Source: Candidatus Kapaibacterium sp.
GTDB lineage: Bacteria; Bacteroidota; Ignavibacteria; Kapaibacteriales; UBA2268
Reading direction: 5' to 3'
DNA length: 64,000 nucleotides
Assembly: GCA_963665665.1 (NCBI GenBank)
Contig: OY762428.1
Coordinates: 5,184,001-5,248,000 of the forward strand
In this document: one piece after another, positions 8,845-19,334 of the stretch
Position numbering within the stretch: position 1 is the stretch's first letter
How the letters are laid out: each line of letters starts with the position of its first letter
Notes under the pieces: generated by a model
Databases searched by the model: none
The model's input: only the letters and a program-made list of their open reading frames with translations
Told to the model about the DNA's origin: nothing
Translations under genes and position numbers: made by a program

Positions 8845-10149
8845 TCAAAAAGGGTGATCCACGAACATTTGAATTTCTGTTGATTCCGCTCCTTTTCCAA
8901 CGTCAACTCTAATTACAATACCGTCCATGAAAAATCTTATTCCGCCGCCAACAGACCACTGTAAATCTTTGTGAAGAGTTGATAATTTCCATTCCGGGGC
9001 TACTCTTCCTACATCGGCAAAGGCAACTACCTGGAAAAAGTCTATCCCGATTTTTCGGGTAAAATCCCAGTATTCCATGGGATTCCATTTCAGGTTTTGC
9101 CTGAGTTCGGCTGAATAATAGATCATAGCTTTATCAAAATATCGGAAATTTATAAATCCCCGAAGTTTTTTAAATCCGCCAAGGTTTACACCTGCAAAGA
9201 ACTGCGGCCTTTTATATTCAATGTATTCGCTTCCGTCCTGAAGCGTTGTCCTGCTTTTTATATCATACCAGGAAGGCGTATCCATAGTATAAAAATTCAG
9301 GGCTAATACCCTCGGCGCTTCTCCTGATTCTTTATCATAAACAGGAATATACCATCTCAGGTCGGCCTTCCATGCACTGAACTCGCTGTTCGAACCCAGT
9401 GCACCCCAATCATCAAGTAATGCGAATTTAAAATAATTTCCGCATGTCGGATTAAAGAAGTAGTCCATATTTTCCCAGGTTAAGCCATATTCTAACCCGA
9501 ATGTAACTGGTTTCAATTTCACCCCGTTATCTGTTTCCAGGTTGTTATTTCTGTAGAAAGCTTTTACGTTGATAAAAGTCCGGCCGCTTTTAATCGGATT
9601 AATAAAATTATGCGCGCCGGTTTCACCTGATATCAGAATGCCTTTGTCAAATTTGTAGTTTGTGAATGGATTTTTTCCATCGCCGATAGGGAGGAGGTAT
9701 TTCAAAGTGAATTCATACCATTGGTCTGTTCCGTCCATAACAATATAGGAATCAGCCCTAGAATCGTTTGAACCGGCCGGAGGATCGTCAGGGCTTTTAG
9801 CAACAGCGTAGGACTTTACATTTTTTACTTTGCCGGCGTAAAGGTCCGGGCGAAAAAAAAGTCTTGGAAAAAATGGAAATTGAAATTCTTCAAGCTGAAG
9901 GTAACCATAATAAGTTCCAAGAGTGGAAACTATACCGCCAGCTTTCAAAAGAGTCTGTTCCTGGGCAAATCCCTTGTATCCGACAAAACCTCCGAAAGCC
10001 CAGTCAATAGAAGCATTGTAAAATGCAAAGGGCAGCATGACGAATGAAGGTTCTTTCTTAGAATTTAAACTGTCGCTGTCAGCTATAAGTAATGATTTTG
10101 CAAATAATATTATTACGATAAACGCGATATATTTTTTTAAATAATGCAT
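8845..10149 (-). CDS. Omp85/BamA-TamA superfamily outer-membrane beta-barrel, apparently without POTRA domains
   Basis: Signal peptide; GGFKKLRGF (VRGF-like lid motif); VAFADVGRV and SVGGGIRF strands; ends in F (HPF). Confidence 0.75.
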   Translation of the reverse strand: MHYLKKYIAFIVIILFAKSLLIADSDSLNSKKEPSFVMLPFAFYNASIDWAFGGFVGYKGFAQEQTLLKAGGIVSTLGTYYGYLQLEEFQFPFFPRLFFRPDLYAGKVKNVKSYAVAKSPDDPPAGSNDSRADSYIVMDGTDQWYEFTLKYLLPIGDGKNPFTNYKFDKGILISGETGAHNFINPIKSGRTFINVKAFYRNNNLETDNGVKLKPVTFGLEYGLTWENMDYFFNPTCGNYFKFALLDDWGALGSNSEFSAWKADLRWYIPVYDKESGEAPRVLALNFYTMDTPSWYDIKSRTTLQDGSEYIEYKRPQFFAGVNLGGFKKLRGFINFRYFDKAMIYYSAELRQNLKWNPMEYWDFTRKIGIDFFQVVAFADVGRVAPEWKLSTLHKDLQWSVGGGIRFFMDGIVIRVDVGKGAESTEIQMFVDHPF

Positions 10150-10152
10150 ATT

Positions 10153-12531
10153 TTACTTTTTCCTGAATAATTTTAATATCCCCGGAAGAATAACTAATGT
10201 TGCAAACCAGATCATGAATAAACCAAGGCAGGCGAAAATACCGATGGATTCAATGCCTGTGTGGTGGGCGAAAACCATACCCGAATATCCGAGAAGAGTG
10301 GTGAATGTTGCCAGTGAAAGTGGCCCTGTAAGTTCCTTCTGTGATTCGGATACATTTTTTCCCAATTCCCGCCAACGACGTATATAGTGTACTCCGCCGT
10401 CAACGCCCATTCCAAGAAGAGCGGGGATAACCACAATATTGAAGAATGATATTTTCAACCCTGTCAGCGACATAATACCAAGAGTAGCGCCGATTCCGAG
10501 TATTAAGGGTATAAGCACAAGCAGAGTGTCAACGATGGATTTATTACTGAGCCATACCAGCAATACAATAGCGGCAAATGTGGCGATACCTATCCAGGCG
10601 CTTTCGCTGAAGACGAGCCATAATAACTCTGCAAAGATCACTGTTTCACCGACCGGACCCTGAACTTTATCAGGAATATCCAGTGCGTATAAGTCGCGGG
10701 TAAATTTCATGGCGTTGCGGCCGTCTTTTCTTTCCTCTTCTGGATAGATTGTCAGCAGGTAATCATTACTGTCAAGCCCAACGAGAGAACTTTTCAAAAC
10801 ATCAGGGATTTCGTCAACGGAAGCGCATTTTTCCGGAATTTCCCATTCCCTGATTTTTTTGATTATATTCCTATATTCTTCATCCTCAACTTTATCGGCC
10901 CAGCTTCCTGAAAGTATATCTTTTATTTCTTCAATTAATTCAAGTCTTTCCTCTGCATCTTCTTCGACGGGGGCAAAATCTCTGATACTTCTTATCCTGC
11001 CTATCATAGACGAATCTTTGTTTGCCGCGTTCCTCACTTCTGCGTTAAATTTATCAAGAGCGTCTATTCCCTTAGCAAGATAAATTGCAGCCGGACTCAT
11101 TGATTTTGAAAATACTTTTCCGTGTTTTTCTCTTACCTTCAGGTAATCGCCAATTTCTGCCTTGTCGAAATTCATGTTGCTAAGATTATAATCAAAGCTG
11201 ATGGAGAATATCGAATAAATACCCAGAATCAAAGCAAGGGCGGCCAATGGAATTGAAACCCATGTTGGAAGGGTCATGGATTTTTCAGTTTTTCGGACGC
11301 CCTTACGAAATAGATTATAACGGGAAAAAATTATTAGAATGGATGGCAAAACAATATACATAGCCAGGAGAATGCACAATATTGATATTCCGGCTATGAT
11401 ACCAAATTCGGAGAATCCACGAAAACCGGAAAAAGCCAACACTGCAAGCGCCAACGCGGTCGTCAGTCCTGAAACAGTCACAGAAACACCTGTTGATTGG
11501 TATGTTATTATCAAAGCTTCCCGTACAGAATGATTTTCTAGCTCAAGAATATACCTTTTTACAAGATGTATGGAGAAATCAACCCCCATTCCAAACATTA
11601 TTAGAATAAGGAAAGAAGTAATCAGGTTAAGAGGCCCTACTGCCAGGGAGACAATAGCGAAGCCCCATATCAACCCGAATATTAAAGGAATCAGGACGGC
11701 AATCACTGGAAAAACCGCCCTGAAACCTATCACCAACAACAATATTATCAGAACTGAAGCAATTAATCCGGAAGTATTCAGGTCTCCGGTAATAGTATCC
11801 AGTTCATTTATTTTGTTTCTGTGATTGCCCCCGATACCGGTCCGGACAGAATATTTCCGTTCTGTACTTTTACAGATTGCTCCTATTTCAGAGTAAATAG
11901 TTTTAATCTTTCCTATGCTGCTTATTCCTTCAGCAGTTGGTATCATTATTCCGATAATTTTTCCGTCCCGGCTTTCGTAATATTCAGGCAGGCTAAGATA
12001 CTGCCTGATCATTACGTTCATATCCTGTTCGTTTTCAATATCATTATGAGTTTTGGGCTCATTATTATTGTCTGCATTACCCAGATCTTCGACGAAGGGA
12101 TTGGCTTTTGCCTCCCAGTCAATAGCCATATCATAAAGTGTTTCCAGGTAATCATTCGGAATCAGTGTAAAACCGTATTTACTTATAAATTCCATCGGAA
12201 ACTTTAACCTTACTTTATCAACATCGGGAAGCTTCTTAAGTTCGGCTGCTGCATAATTTGCCGCCTGAACAAGTTTATCCCGGTTTTCGGACTCAAGAAA
12301 TACAATAAAATGTCCCCTGTCGCCTATCTTATCTTCAATCAGGCTGTTATTAACAACGGATTTATTATCTTTCGGCAGCAGGCTCATCAGATTTGTATCA
12401 ATTTCCAGCTTGCTAAGTGTTAGTTCAGCAGGCGCAGTCAGAAGTAAAATCATAATCAGAGATAAAACAGGCCTTTTATAAATTGCTTTCAATATTCTTG
12501 TAACAGTTCTATCATACATCCCGTTCGGCAT
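10153..12531 (-). CDS. MMPL/RND-family lipid transporter (HpnN-like)
   Basis: Duplicated architecture with GMGVDFSIHL and GMGVDGGVH TM4/TM10 motifs, SGLTTALA and ATFTT. Confidence 0.9.
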   Translation of the reverse strand: MPNGMYDRTVTRILKAIYKRPVLSLIMILLLTAPAELTLSKLEIDTNLMSLLPKDNKSVVNNSLIEDKIGDRGHFIVFLESENRDKLVQAANYAAAELKKLPDVDKVRLKFPMEFISKYGFTLIPNDYLETLYDMAIDWEAKANPFVEDLGNADNNNEPKTHNDIENEQDMNVMIRQYLSLPEYYESRDGKIIGIMIPTAEGISSIGKIKTIYSEIGAICKSTERKYSVRTGIGGNHRNKINELDTITGDLNTSGLIASVLIILLLVIGFRAVFPVIAVLIPLIFGLIWGFAIVSLAVGPLNLITSFLILIMFGMGVDFSIHLVKRYILELENHSVREALIITYQSTGVSVTVSGLTTALALAVLAFSGFRGFSEFGIIAGISILCILLAMYIVLPSILIIFSRYNLFRKGVRKTEKSMTLPTWVSIPLAALALILGIYSIFSISFDYNLSNMNFDKAEIGDYLKVREKHGKVFSKSMSPAAIYLAKGIDALDKFNAEVRNAANKDSSMIGRIRSIRDFAPVEEDAEERLELIEEIKDILSGSWADKVEDEEYRNIIKKIREWEIPEKCASVDEIPDVLKSSLVGLDSNDYLLTIYPEEERKDGRNAMKFTRDLYALDIPDKVQGPVGETVIFAELLWLVFSESAWIGIATFAAIVLLVWLSNKSIVDTLLVLIPLILGIGATLGIMSLTGLKISFFNIVVIPALLGMGVDGGVHYIRRWRELGKNVSESQKELTGPLSLATFTTLLGYSGMVFAHHTGIESIGIFACLGLFMIWFATLVILPGILKLFRKK

Positions 12532-12548
12532 TTATTCCCCGCGAAAAA

Positions 12549-13112
12549 TTATTTCTTCAATTCTTTTAATTTGGACTTCAATCTTGATATGATTTGATCG
12601 TAGCTTTGCTTTTTGAACAATTTCCTGAATTGTTTTTTGTAATTTTTACTTGTGCTTATATCCTCTACGATATAGTTCACAATTTTCCATTTGCCTGATA
12701 TCTGTTTCATTTCGTAATTGATACTATAGCTTTTCTCTCCTGATTTAACATTAGTTTTAACAGTTGTCAGCCCGTCGTTTGTCTCTTCGCCAAGGTAACT
12801 GATGCTGTATGATGAGAAACCGGAAAGTTTATCTGCAATTGAATATTTTACCATTTCAGCAAAAACATCTTTTATATCTGCACACTGTTTGTCGCTTAAA
12901 TTCTTGCAGTATTTGTCCAGAACATCAGAGGAAATACATGAAAAGCAGGAATATTCTTCCAGTTCTTTAGCAATTTTCTCTTTGGATTTAACGCCGGATA
13001 TTTTTGAGTTTAGCGTCTTTATAATATCCGTTGCTCCGCCTCCGGCGGCATTTATCAGTGCAATTGCCGAAAAAAATATGATAATGTTAAAAATTAACTT
13101 CACTTTCATCAA
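12549..13112 (-). CDS. MlaC/Ttg2D/HpnM-family periplasmic lipid shuttle
   Basis: Signal peptide; INYEMKQISGKWKIVNYIVEDIS...NYKKQF matches the MlaC C-terminal pattern. Confidence 0.8.
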   Translation of the reverse strand: MMKVKLIFNIIIFFSAIALINAAGGGATDIIKTLNSKISGVKSKEKIAKELEEYSCFSCISSDVLDKYCKNLSDKQCADIKDVFAEMVKYSIADKLSGFSSYSISYLGEETNDGLTTVKTNVKSGEKSYSINYEMKQISGKWKIVNYIVEDISTSKNYKKQFRKLFKKQSYDQIISRLKSKLKELKK

Positions 13113-14472
13113 TCCACCTTAAATATTTTTCGAAAGTTGTTGTTTTTGAGGCAAGGTCGGCCAGAGCCTTATGATAATCAAGTATCATAGCTATTCTCCT
13201 GCCTTTAAGTTCGTAATAGGTTTTGTATGCCCTGATAAGCTTTTCAGCATCGCCAAATCCCATTTGCCAGTTATCCAGACCAAGAGCAAGCCACTTCTCC
13301 GCATTTTTAATGGATTCGTCAACTTTTGTTATCAGGCTGAAAATTCCGGAAGCATCGTTAAAAGACTGAATAACTTCAATTTTTACTTTTGTTTTGAGAA
13401 GTTCAAGATTCTCTTCCTGAACTTTAAGTTCCAATTTGTCAGAAGCGGCTTTGTCGCCGGAAGTAAGGAAATTTAAATTCCATGACATTCCGAGAAAAGC
13501 GCCCAGGTTCAGGTAATTGAAACTGTCGTACACAAATGGATTTGTCTGATCGTCCCTCCCCGGGGCGTACGCATACTGAACGCCTCCGGCCAGATATATC
13601 ATTGGCAGTGTTGAATTTCCCGCAAGCTGTGCCTTTTTTCTTAAAGCTTTAATTCCGGATTCGAGAGCTTTTATATCACTTCTTTCGGATAAAGCGGTTT
13701 CAATAGCAATCTGCCGGGCTGTGGCGGACGTATCCATTCGGGGAATTAATTCCATATCAAAAGAAATACTGTCACATCCGGTGATTTCTTTGAAAGCCAT
13801 TCTAACTGTTTGGTAGCCGTTTTTAGCTGTGGCAGAGACACTTTCAATCATGAAGTAATTGGATTTTACTTCCAAGAGGTCGCTTTCATCCAGGTCGCTG
13901 TCCTCTTTTTCAATTTCCTTATTTACTTCTTCAGTCAGCTTGGCAAAATTTGATTCAAGTTCATCAGCCAATTTAACAGAGTTTTTCAGAACGTTAACAG
14001 TCCAGTATGATTTTGCAATAATGTAACGGAATTTGTCAAGTTCAATTTCATTCATCCTGTCGCGGAGGTTGATTCCTTCTGTTGCCAAATCTTCGGCATT
14101 GTCGATTCTTCCAAAAGTATAAATCGGCTGCATAAATGTAAGTTCTGCCCTGACAAATGGCCCCCAGGAGTCAAGGTCTGTCTGTTTATCCTGCGAGAAA
14201 AAAACATCGCCCCTGGCATCGGGAACAATTCCGCCATTGATGTTCATTTTAATCTCAGGCAGGAATTTCATATCTTCAACCGTTCTGATATCCGTTTCAG
14301 CTAACTCTCTTTGAGCTTTGAGTTTCTCTAAAACATGAGATTCTCCGCCAAGGGCTGCCTTGACGACAGCCCTCAGTTCGTTTTGCCAAACCTTCGGTTC
14401 GGCCTTCTCTGCGGAGAAAATTTCAAGTTTGGGTTGTATTAAAAAAAATAATATAACGATTAATCTGGTCAT
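13087..14472 (-). CDS. TolC-family outer-membrane channel
   Basis: Signal peptide; two OEP repeats (FLPEI...QPIYTFGR; LPMIYL...MSWNL). Confidence 0.85.
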   Translation of the reverse strand: MTRLIVILFFLIQPKLEIFSAEKAEPKVWQNELRAVVKAALGGESHVLEKLKAQRELAETDIRTVEDMKFLPEIKMNINGGIVPDARGDVFFSQDKQTDLDSWGPFVRAELTFMQPIYTFGRIDNAEDLATEGINLRDRMNEIELDKFRYIIAKSYWTVNVLKNSVKLADELESNFAKLTEEVNKEIEKEDSDLDESDLLEVKSNYFMIESVSATAKNGYQTVRMAFKEITGCDSISFDMELIPRMDTSATARQIAIETALSERSDIKALESGIKALRKKAQLAGNSTLPMIYLAGGVQYAYAPGRDDQTNPFVYDSFNYLNLGAFLGMSWNLNFLTSGDKAASDKLELKVQEENLELLKTKVKIEVIQSFNDASGIFSLITKVDESIKNAEKWLALGLDNWQMGFGDAEKLIRAYKTYYELKGRRIAMILDYHKALADLASKTTTFEKYLRWIDESEVNF

Positions 14473-14515
14473 TTTATACTTTTAATATATACTAACATTT
14501 TTTAAAATGATAATA

Positions 14516-15832
14516 TTACACGCTGTGCCCATTTGAATCGAGATGAGTGATAACCTCTTCGCCCATCATTTTCCTCAAAGTGTTTTTCATCTTCATGAGC
14601 TGGATGAAAAGGTCATTTTCCGGAACCACATTTTTCTTATGCATCGGGCTTTTGAAATAGAATGAAAGCCATTCCTGAATACCTTTCATTCCGGCTCTGG
14701 ACGCGAGATCGTTCAGTAGTACAAGGTCGAGGCAAATTGGTGCTGCAAGGATAGAATCCCGGCACAGGAAATTGATCTTCAATGACATCTGGTAACCCAT
14801 CCATCCGAATATATCAATATTATCCCAGCTTTCCTTGTTGTCTCCACGAGGCGGATAATAGTTTATTCTTACTTTATGATAGTAGTTGTCGTAAAGATCA
14901 GGATAAACATCCGGCTGAATAATACTTTCGATCACTGAAAGTTTTGATTCTTCTTTTGTTTTGAATGACTCAGGATCGTCAAGAACTTCGCCATCCCTGT
15001 TGCCGAGTATATTACTCGAAAACCAGCCGTTAAGCCCAAGCATCCTGGCCTTAAGCATTGGAGCAATTACTGTTTTCAACATTGTCTGGCCGGTTTTAAA
15101 ATCCTTTCCGCAAATCGGAACTGAATTTTCAATTGCCAGTTCTTCAAGGGCCGGGACGTCAATTGTCAGGTTCGGAGCGCCGTTGATATACGGAACTCCC
15201 TCTTTGATTGCAGCCCAGGCGTATAGCATGGACGGAGAAATATCCTCGTGGTTATCCTTCATGGCCTGTTCGAAACGATGGATACTATTATGAACTTCTG
15301 ATTTACTTAGGAATACTTCCGTAGAGCCGCACCAGATAACCACGAGTCGGTCTAGCTCATTGTTTATTTTAAAATTTTGAATATCATTTCTCAGTTGCTC
15401 TGCAAGGTCATATTTTGTTGAAGCGGATTTAATATATTCGCCTTCAAGGTTATGTACGTAAGCCTGGTCGAAAACTCCGGGCATAGGTTTTATATTTTCA
15501 AGTTCGTCTTTTATATTGATATAGTCTCTTTCTTCGAGAACAGCATTGGACTGAAGAGATTCAAATAGGTTTTCATCCCGAATATCCCATCCGCCAAAAA
15601 CAATATCATCAAGGTTTGCCAGGGGTACAAAATCTTTTATCATCGGAAATTCATTGTTGATCCTTGCGCCTATCCTGATAGTCTGCATTTGTGTTACCGA
15701 GCCGACCGGTTGAGAATAGCCCCTTCGGATAGCTATTGTACCTGCTATAAAAGTCGAGGAAACAGCACCGTTCATACCTACAACGAGAACGCCGAGCTTA
15801 CCGTTTGCTTCTTTGATCTGTAACTTATCCAT
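14516..15832 (-). CDS. ino1: myo-inositol-1(3)-phosphate synthase (MIPS)
   Basis: IWCGSTE, YINGAPN, GKDFKTGQT, NILGNRDG, PPRGDNKESWD and CRDSILAAP. Confidence 0.96.
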   Translation of the reverse strand: MDKLQIKEANGKLGVLVVGMNGAVSSTFIAGTIAIRRGYSQPVGSVTQMQTIRIGARINNEFPMIKDFVPLANLDDIVFGGWDIRDENLFESLQSNAVLEERDYINIKDELENIKPMPGVFDQAYVHNLEGEYIKSASTKYDLAEQLRNDIQNFKINNELDRLVVIWCGSTEVFLSKSEVHNSIHRFEQAMKDNHEDISPSMLYAWAAIKEGVPYINGAPNLTIDVPALEELAIENSVPICGKDFKTGQTMLKTVIAPMLKARMLGLNGWFSSNILGNRDGEVLDDPESFKTKEESKLSVIESIIQPDVYPDLYDNYYHKVRINYYPPRGDNKESWDNIDIFGWMGYQMSLKINFLCRDSILAAPICLDLVLLNDLASRAGMKGIQEWLSFYFKSPMHKKNVVPENDLFIQLMKMKNTLRKMMGEEVITHLDSNGHSV

Positions 15833-15855
15833 TTCATGCCCTTCAATAAATCTTA

Positions 15856-16560
15856 TTAATCCATGTTTATAATTACATTGGTTATTTCTGAAAAATCACT
15901 GATGATGATATCATAATCAGGTTGGTCATCATCATTTACCCACGATTTGTTTTTTAGCCAAATTGATCTTGCACCCAGTTCGATTGCAGGAGCAATATCA
16001 TTTTTATATGAATCTCCAATAATTACAACTTCATTATTTTCAAGCTTCAAAGCATCTATACCCATTTGCCATATTGTCTTATCAGGCTTCCTGATATTGA
16101 TTTCACCCGAATCGATCAAGCAGTCAATTTGATATAATACTTCGAATTCCTGCATTATTGATTTCAGGTTTCCATAGAAATTTGATACAATCCCAATTTT
16201 ATAAAATTGTTTTAATATCGACAGATATTCAATATTTCCGGCTATGGTTTTTGATACTTTATGGAAAATATTATTACAAATATTTCTCCCCGTTTTATCA
16301 GAAATCTGAATACTTGTATTCTTTCTTAGATAATTTATTTGAGAATAGATTTTCAAGCCTAATGTTTCGGAAAGCCTCGTATCCGGAGGGATAATTATCT
16401 TAGCCATTCTTCTTTCTGCAAAGATGTATGCTTCTCTGAATATATCTTCGTCAATATCCAAATCAAACTCTTTGTAGGATTGTAAAAAATACCTGAACCA
16501 GTGAATACCACCGGTATCGATAGTTCCTCCGAAATCGAACAATAATCCTTTTATACTCAT
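15856..16560 (-). CDS. HAD-family phosphatase (putative inositol-lipid phosphate phosphatase)
   Basis: FDFGGTIDT, VSNF, RKPD and IGDSYKND motifs; operon context. Confidence 0.8.
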   Translation of the reverse strand: MSIKGLLFDFGGTIDTGGIHWFRYFLQSYKEFDLDIDEDIFREAYIFAERRMAKIIIPPDTRLSETLGLKIYSQINYLRKNTSIQISDKTGRNICNNIFHKVSKTIAGNIEYLSILKQFYKIGIVSNFYGNLKSIMQEFEVLYQIDCLIDSGEINIRKPDKTIWQMGIDALKLENNEVVIIGDSYKNDIAPAIELGARSIWLKNKSWVNDDDQPDYDIIISDFSEITNVIINMD

Positions 16561-17549
16561 GCCCCGGTCCTTTTGTTAAGAATTGGTATTATCAGAAATC
16601 CTGCTGCTATCCAGAATATTTCCCGGATACGTGTTGTAAGTGAAACAAATAATCCCAGGCCCGGAGCAAGGCTTAATGTTGCAATTATAAATGTAAGGCT
16701 GCCTTCACGGACTCCAAGCTGCATCGGTATGAAAAATATCATATTAGCTATCAGCGATGATGCCGCTGAAATATATATTGCGTCAGCAAAACTTATATTA
16801 ATTCCAATTGCTTTCAGAATCAGGAAAAACTCAAAAGAAGCAACAATTCTGGAAACTAATTCAAAGCCCAGTGATTTATAAAATCCACTTTTGTCATTTT
16901 GATAAAAATCAGATATTAATACATCAATTTCTTCAAGCTTTGCTATATAATGTTTTTCCGAAAGGATTTTTCCTATAAGCGGCAACTGTACAAGGATTTT
17001 GTGCAATTTGATAATAAATCCCTTTTTGAACAGGGACATAAAAATTGTCAAAAGCAATCCTGTAAAAATTACAGAGCAACAGATAATCATAAGGTTGTCG
17101 CCTTCAAGCCCGAGGCTTGCCAGCATGATAATCAGGCCAAGAATCCAGAACCATACATGTGAATACATGTGCATCATTGAATACAGAAGAACTGCCGCAG
17201 CAGATCTTGAGCCGGTAATTTCTTTTCCGAGAACAGACATTCTGTATGGCTCGCCGCCAAGGCTGACAAAAGGCGTTACATAATTAATTGCATACCCTGA
17301 AATTGTTAACCCGAGTATTTTTGAAAATGAAACTTTGTCTGATTTTGAATTAATAATAAATTTCCACGACATGGCATTCAGAAGATAAACCGCAAGCCAT
17401 ACGAATAATATCGGAATAAAATACCAGGATACTTGCGAAATTTTTTCTAACATCAGCACTATTCCGTAATTATTTATCATAAGCGCAATGGCGATTAATC
17501 CGGCTAAATAAAGAAGGATTTTGAAATATTTTTTTAGTACAGCCTTCAT
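16557..17549 (-). CDS. Lysylphosphatidylglycerol-synthase TM domain / flippase-like membrane protein
   Basis: About 8 TM helices; INYVTPFVSLGGEPYR and PMQLGVREG motifs. Confidence 0.85.
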   Translation of the reverse strand: MKAVLKKYFKILLYLAGLIAIALMINNYGIVLMLEKISQVSWYFIPILFVWLAVYLLNAMSWKFIINSKSDKVSFSKILGLTISGYAINYVTPFVSLGGEPYRMSVLGKEITGSRSAAAVLLYSMMHMYSHVWFWILGLIIMLASLGLEGDNLMIICCSVIFTGLLLTIFMSLFKKGFIIKLHKILVQLPLIGKILSEKHYIAKLEEIDVLISDFYQNDKSGFYKSLGFELVSRIVASFEFFLILKAIGINISFADAIYISAASSLIANMIFFIPMQLGVREGSLTFIIATLSLAPGLGLFVSLTTRIREIFWIAAGFLIIPILNKRTGA

Positions 17550-18457
17550 TACTCAGCAAACTCCCAAATCAGTTTCCTGCTCATACTTTCATGCCTTAAA
17601 ACCATATATATCAAAAGTAGATTCAATACCGTCAGTTCAAACCACAGGTAAATCCAAACATTGCCGAGAAGAACAGAGATGAATAATGTGATCATCCTTG
17701 TATTGGTAGTAAGGATATTTGTATATTTCATTAGTGGTTTACTCAGTTCACGGTATCTTTCGCGCATGTAAGCCGGTATATTGTCTCCGTATTTTCCAAC
17801 AACAAAATCTCTGAAAATTCCGTATTTGCGGGCAATAAATTGCTGCTGGCTAACATAATTAATAAACATTCTTAAATATAATTTCCTGAAAAAATCCGAC
17901 TTCCAACTAAGTGATTTGTAGTCCTCTTTAAGTTGTTTCAGGTCTTCGATATCTTTCAAGCTGTTCTTGCCGATAAATATCAGATGCTGCGTACGATAAT
18001 AATCAGCCATGGCTGCCTGGAGGGAGTGGAAAGCACCCACCATTATCATGAATAAGAATATAGCTGGAGAGTAACCTTCATTTATAAGCCTCAACATTAG
18101 GTGAACGTAAATACTAACAAACCAGAGATTGCCTGCAAATCCGTCCAGGAATCGCCCGAGTTTGGTACAGTTATTTGTCATTCTGGCAAGTTGGCCGTCG
18201 GCGCTGTCCAGCAGATTGGCAAATACCAGGCTGATAATACCGATAATATTCAAAGTCAGATCATGATAATAGAACATGTGCCCGGCAAGTATTCCCCAGA
18301 AAATGCTAATGATAGTTATCGGATTTGGCGTTAGGCCTACTTTTTTTGAAAACAATGCAATCAGGTAGCCAACCGGCCTGTAAAATATCAGGTCGAGTGT
18401 TTCTTCCGTGTCGGCCGATTTTAATGTTGATTTTAGTGTACTTTTTTGCTCTACCAT
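17549..18457 (-). CDS. CDP-alcohol phosphatidyltransferase (putative PIP / inositol-lipid synthase)
   Basis: TPNPIT and DSADGQLARMTNNCTKLGRFLD (DxxDGxxAR...GxxxD). Confidence 0.92.
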   Translation of the reverse strand: MVEQKSTLKSTLKSADTEETLDLIFYRPVGYLIALFSKKVGLTPNPITIISIFWGILAGHMFYYHDLTLNIIGIISLVFANLLDSADGQLARMTNNCTKLGRFLDGFAGNLWFVSIYVHLMLRLINEGYSPAIFLFMIMVGAFHSLQAAMADYYRTQHLIFIGKNSLKDIEDLKQLKEDYKSLSWKSDFFRKLYLRMFINYVSQQQFIARKYGIFRDFVVGKYGDNIPAYMRERYRELSKPLMKYTNILTTNTRMITLFISVLLGNVWIYLWFELTVLNLLLIYMVLRHESMSRKLIWEFAE

Positions 18458-19329
18458 GTCTGTTCTTCCAGTTCAAATAATTCAAATTTCTGTGATCTGC
18501 GTTGTTCAATATTTTGAAATATAACTTTTGCTATCATTCCCGAAGCCTCTTCCCGAACAGGAGCGAAGCTGGGCCAGTCGTTGATATCTATAAAATAAAT
18601 CTCTCCGTCCGGTGTAATTATCGCATCACCCCCGAAAAATTTAAGGTCAAACAAGTTTGCGCAACGAAATATTTCATTTTTAAGCTTACTTTTGCTGAAA
18701 GGATATTCGTTATGGCCATTTGCGTAATACCAGTAGATGTAATCTGCTTCAGGGACGGCATAAAATTTAATCTCATCGCCGCCAATATGCTCCATAACCG
18801 AGGCTTTGCTGATTCCCCTTCTCATGAACTCTTTCAGAATATTACCTAACTCGGAGGGGGAATAAACTTTCACAATATCTTCGCGGTGATTTATATGCCC
18901 TTCCCTTTTTACCCAAAGTTTATTTTTCGAGAATGCGGATGCTATCCTTTCGGCATATTTGTAATCTTCAGTACTCACGGTAATATTAACCGGGGTGGAA
19001 ATATTATTTCTGGTGAGTATGTCCATCATGTTTTCCCTGTGACAGTTCCTTACACCCCTGACCGAGTTAAGAATCATGGAATTATTATTCTCTAGATTTT
19101 TAAGATTTTTCAAAGCGTTTGAACTTCTTGCCATCGTAAAAATTACATCTTCTGTAATATTTATTTTATCTAAATCATTTTCATCATAATAGTTTACTAT
19201 TGTACCCATATTTTTAAGTTTTTCGCCTGTTAGCTGGAGTATAATACTGTCGTTATCCACGTGGTTGGGTGAGAACCTTGTAGCCCTTCTGATAGCAGCG
19301 ACACTTTTTATCATATACTCGCCTTCCAA
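18451..19329 (-). CDS. ATP-grasp protein, ITPK1 (inositol phosphate kinase)-like
   Basis: LWVKR, VMEHIGGDEIKFYAV and FFGGDAII...IYFIDINDWPSF ATP-grasp motifs. The kinase role is inferred. Confidence 0.65.
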   Translation of the reverse strand: MEGEYMIKSVAAIRRATRFSPNHVDNDSIILQLTGEKLKNMGTIVNYYDENDLDKINITEDVIFTMARSSNALKNLKNLENNNSMILNSVRGVRNCHRENMMDILTRNNISTPVNITVSTEDYKYAERIASAFSKNKLWVKREGHINHREDIVKVYSPSELGNILKEFMRRGISKASVMEHIGGDEIKFYAVPEADYIYWYYANGHNEYPFSKSKLKNEIFRCANLFDLKFFGGDAIITPDGEIYFIDINDWPSFAPVREEASGMIAKVIFQNIEQRRSQKFELFELEEQTW

Positions 19330-19334
19330 ATAGT

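Noticed and set aside
10153-13112. Hopanoid transport (hpnN/hpnM) assignment
   Set aside because: No shc or hpn genes are in the window and the context is inositol genes; cannot be excluded without the full genome.
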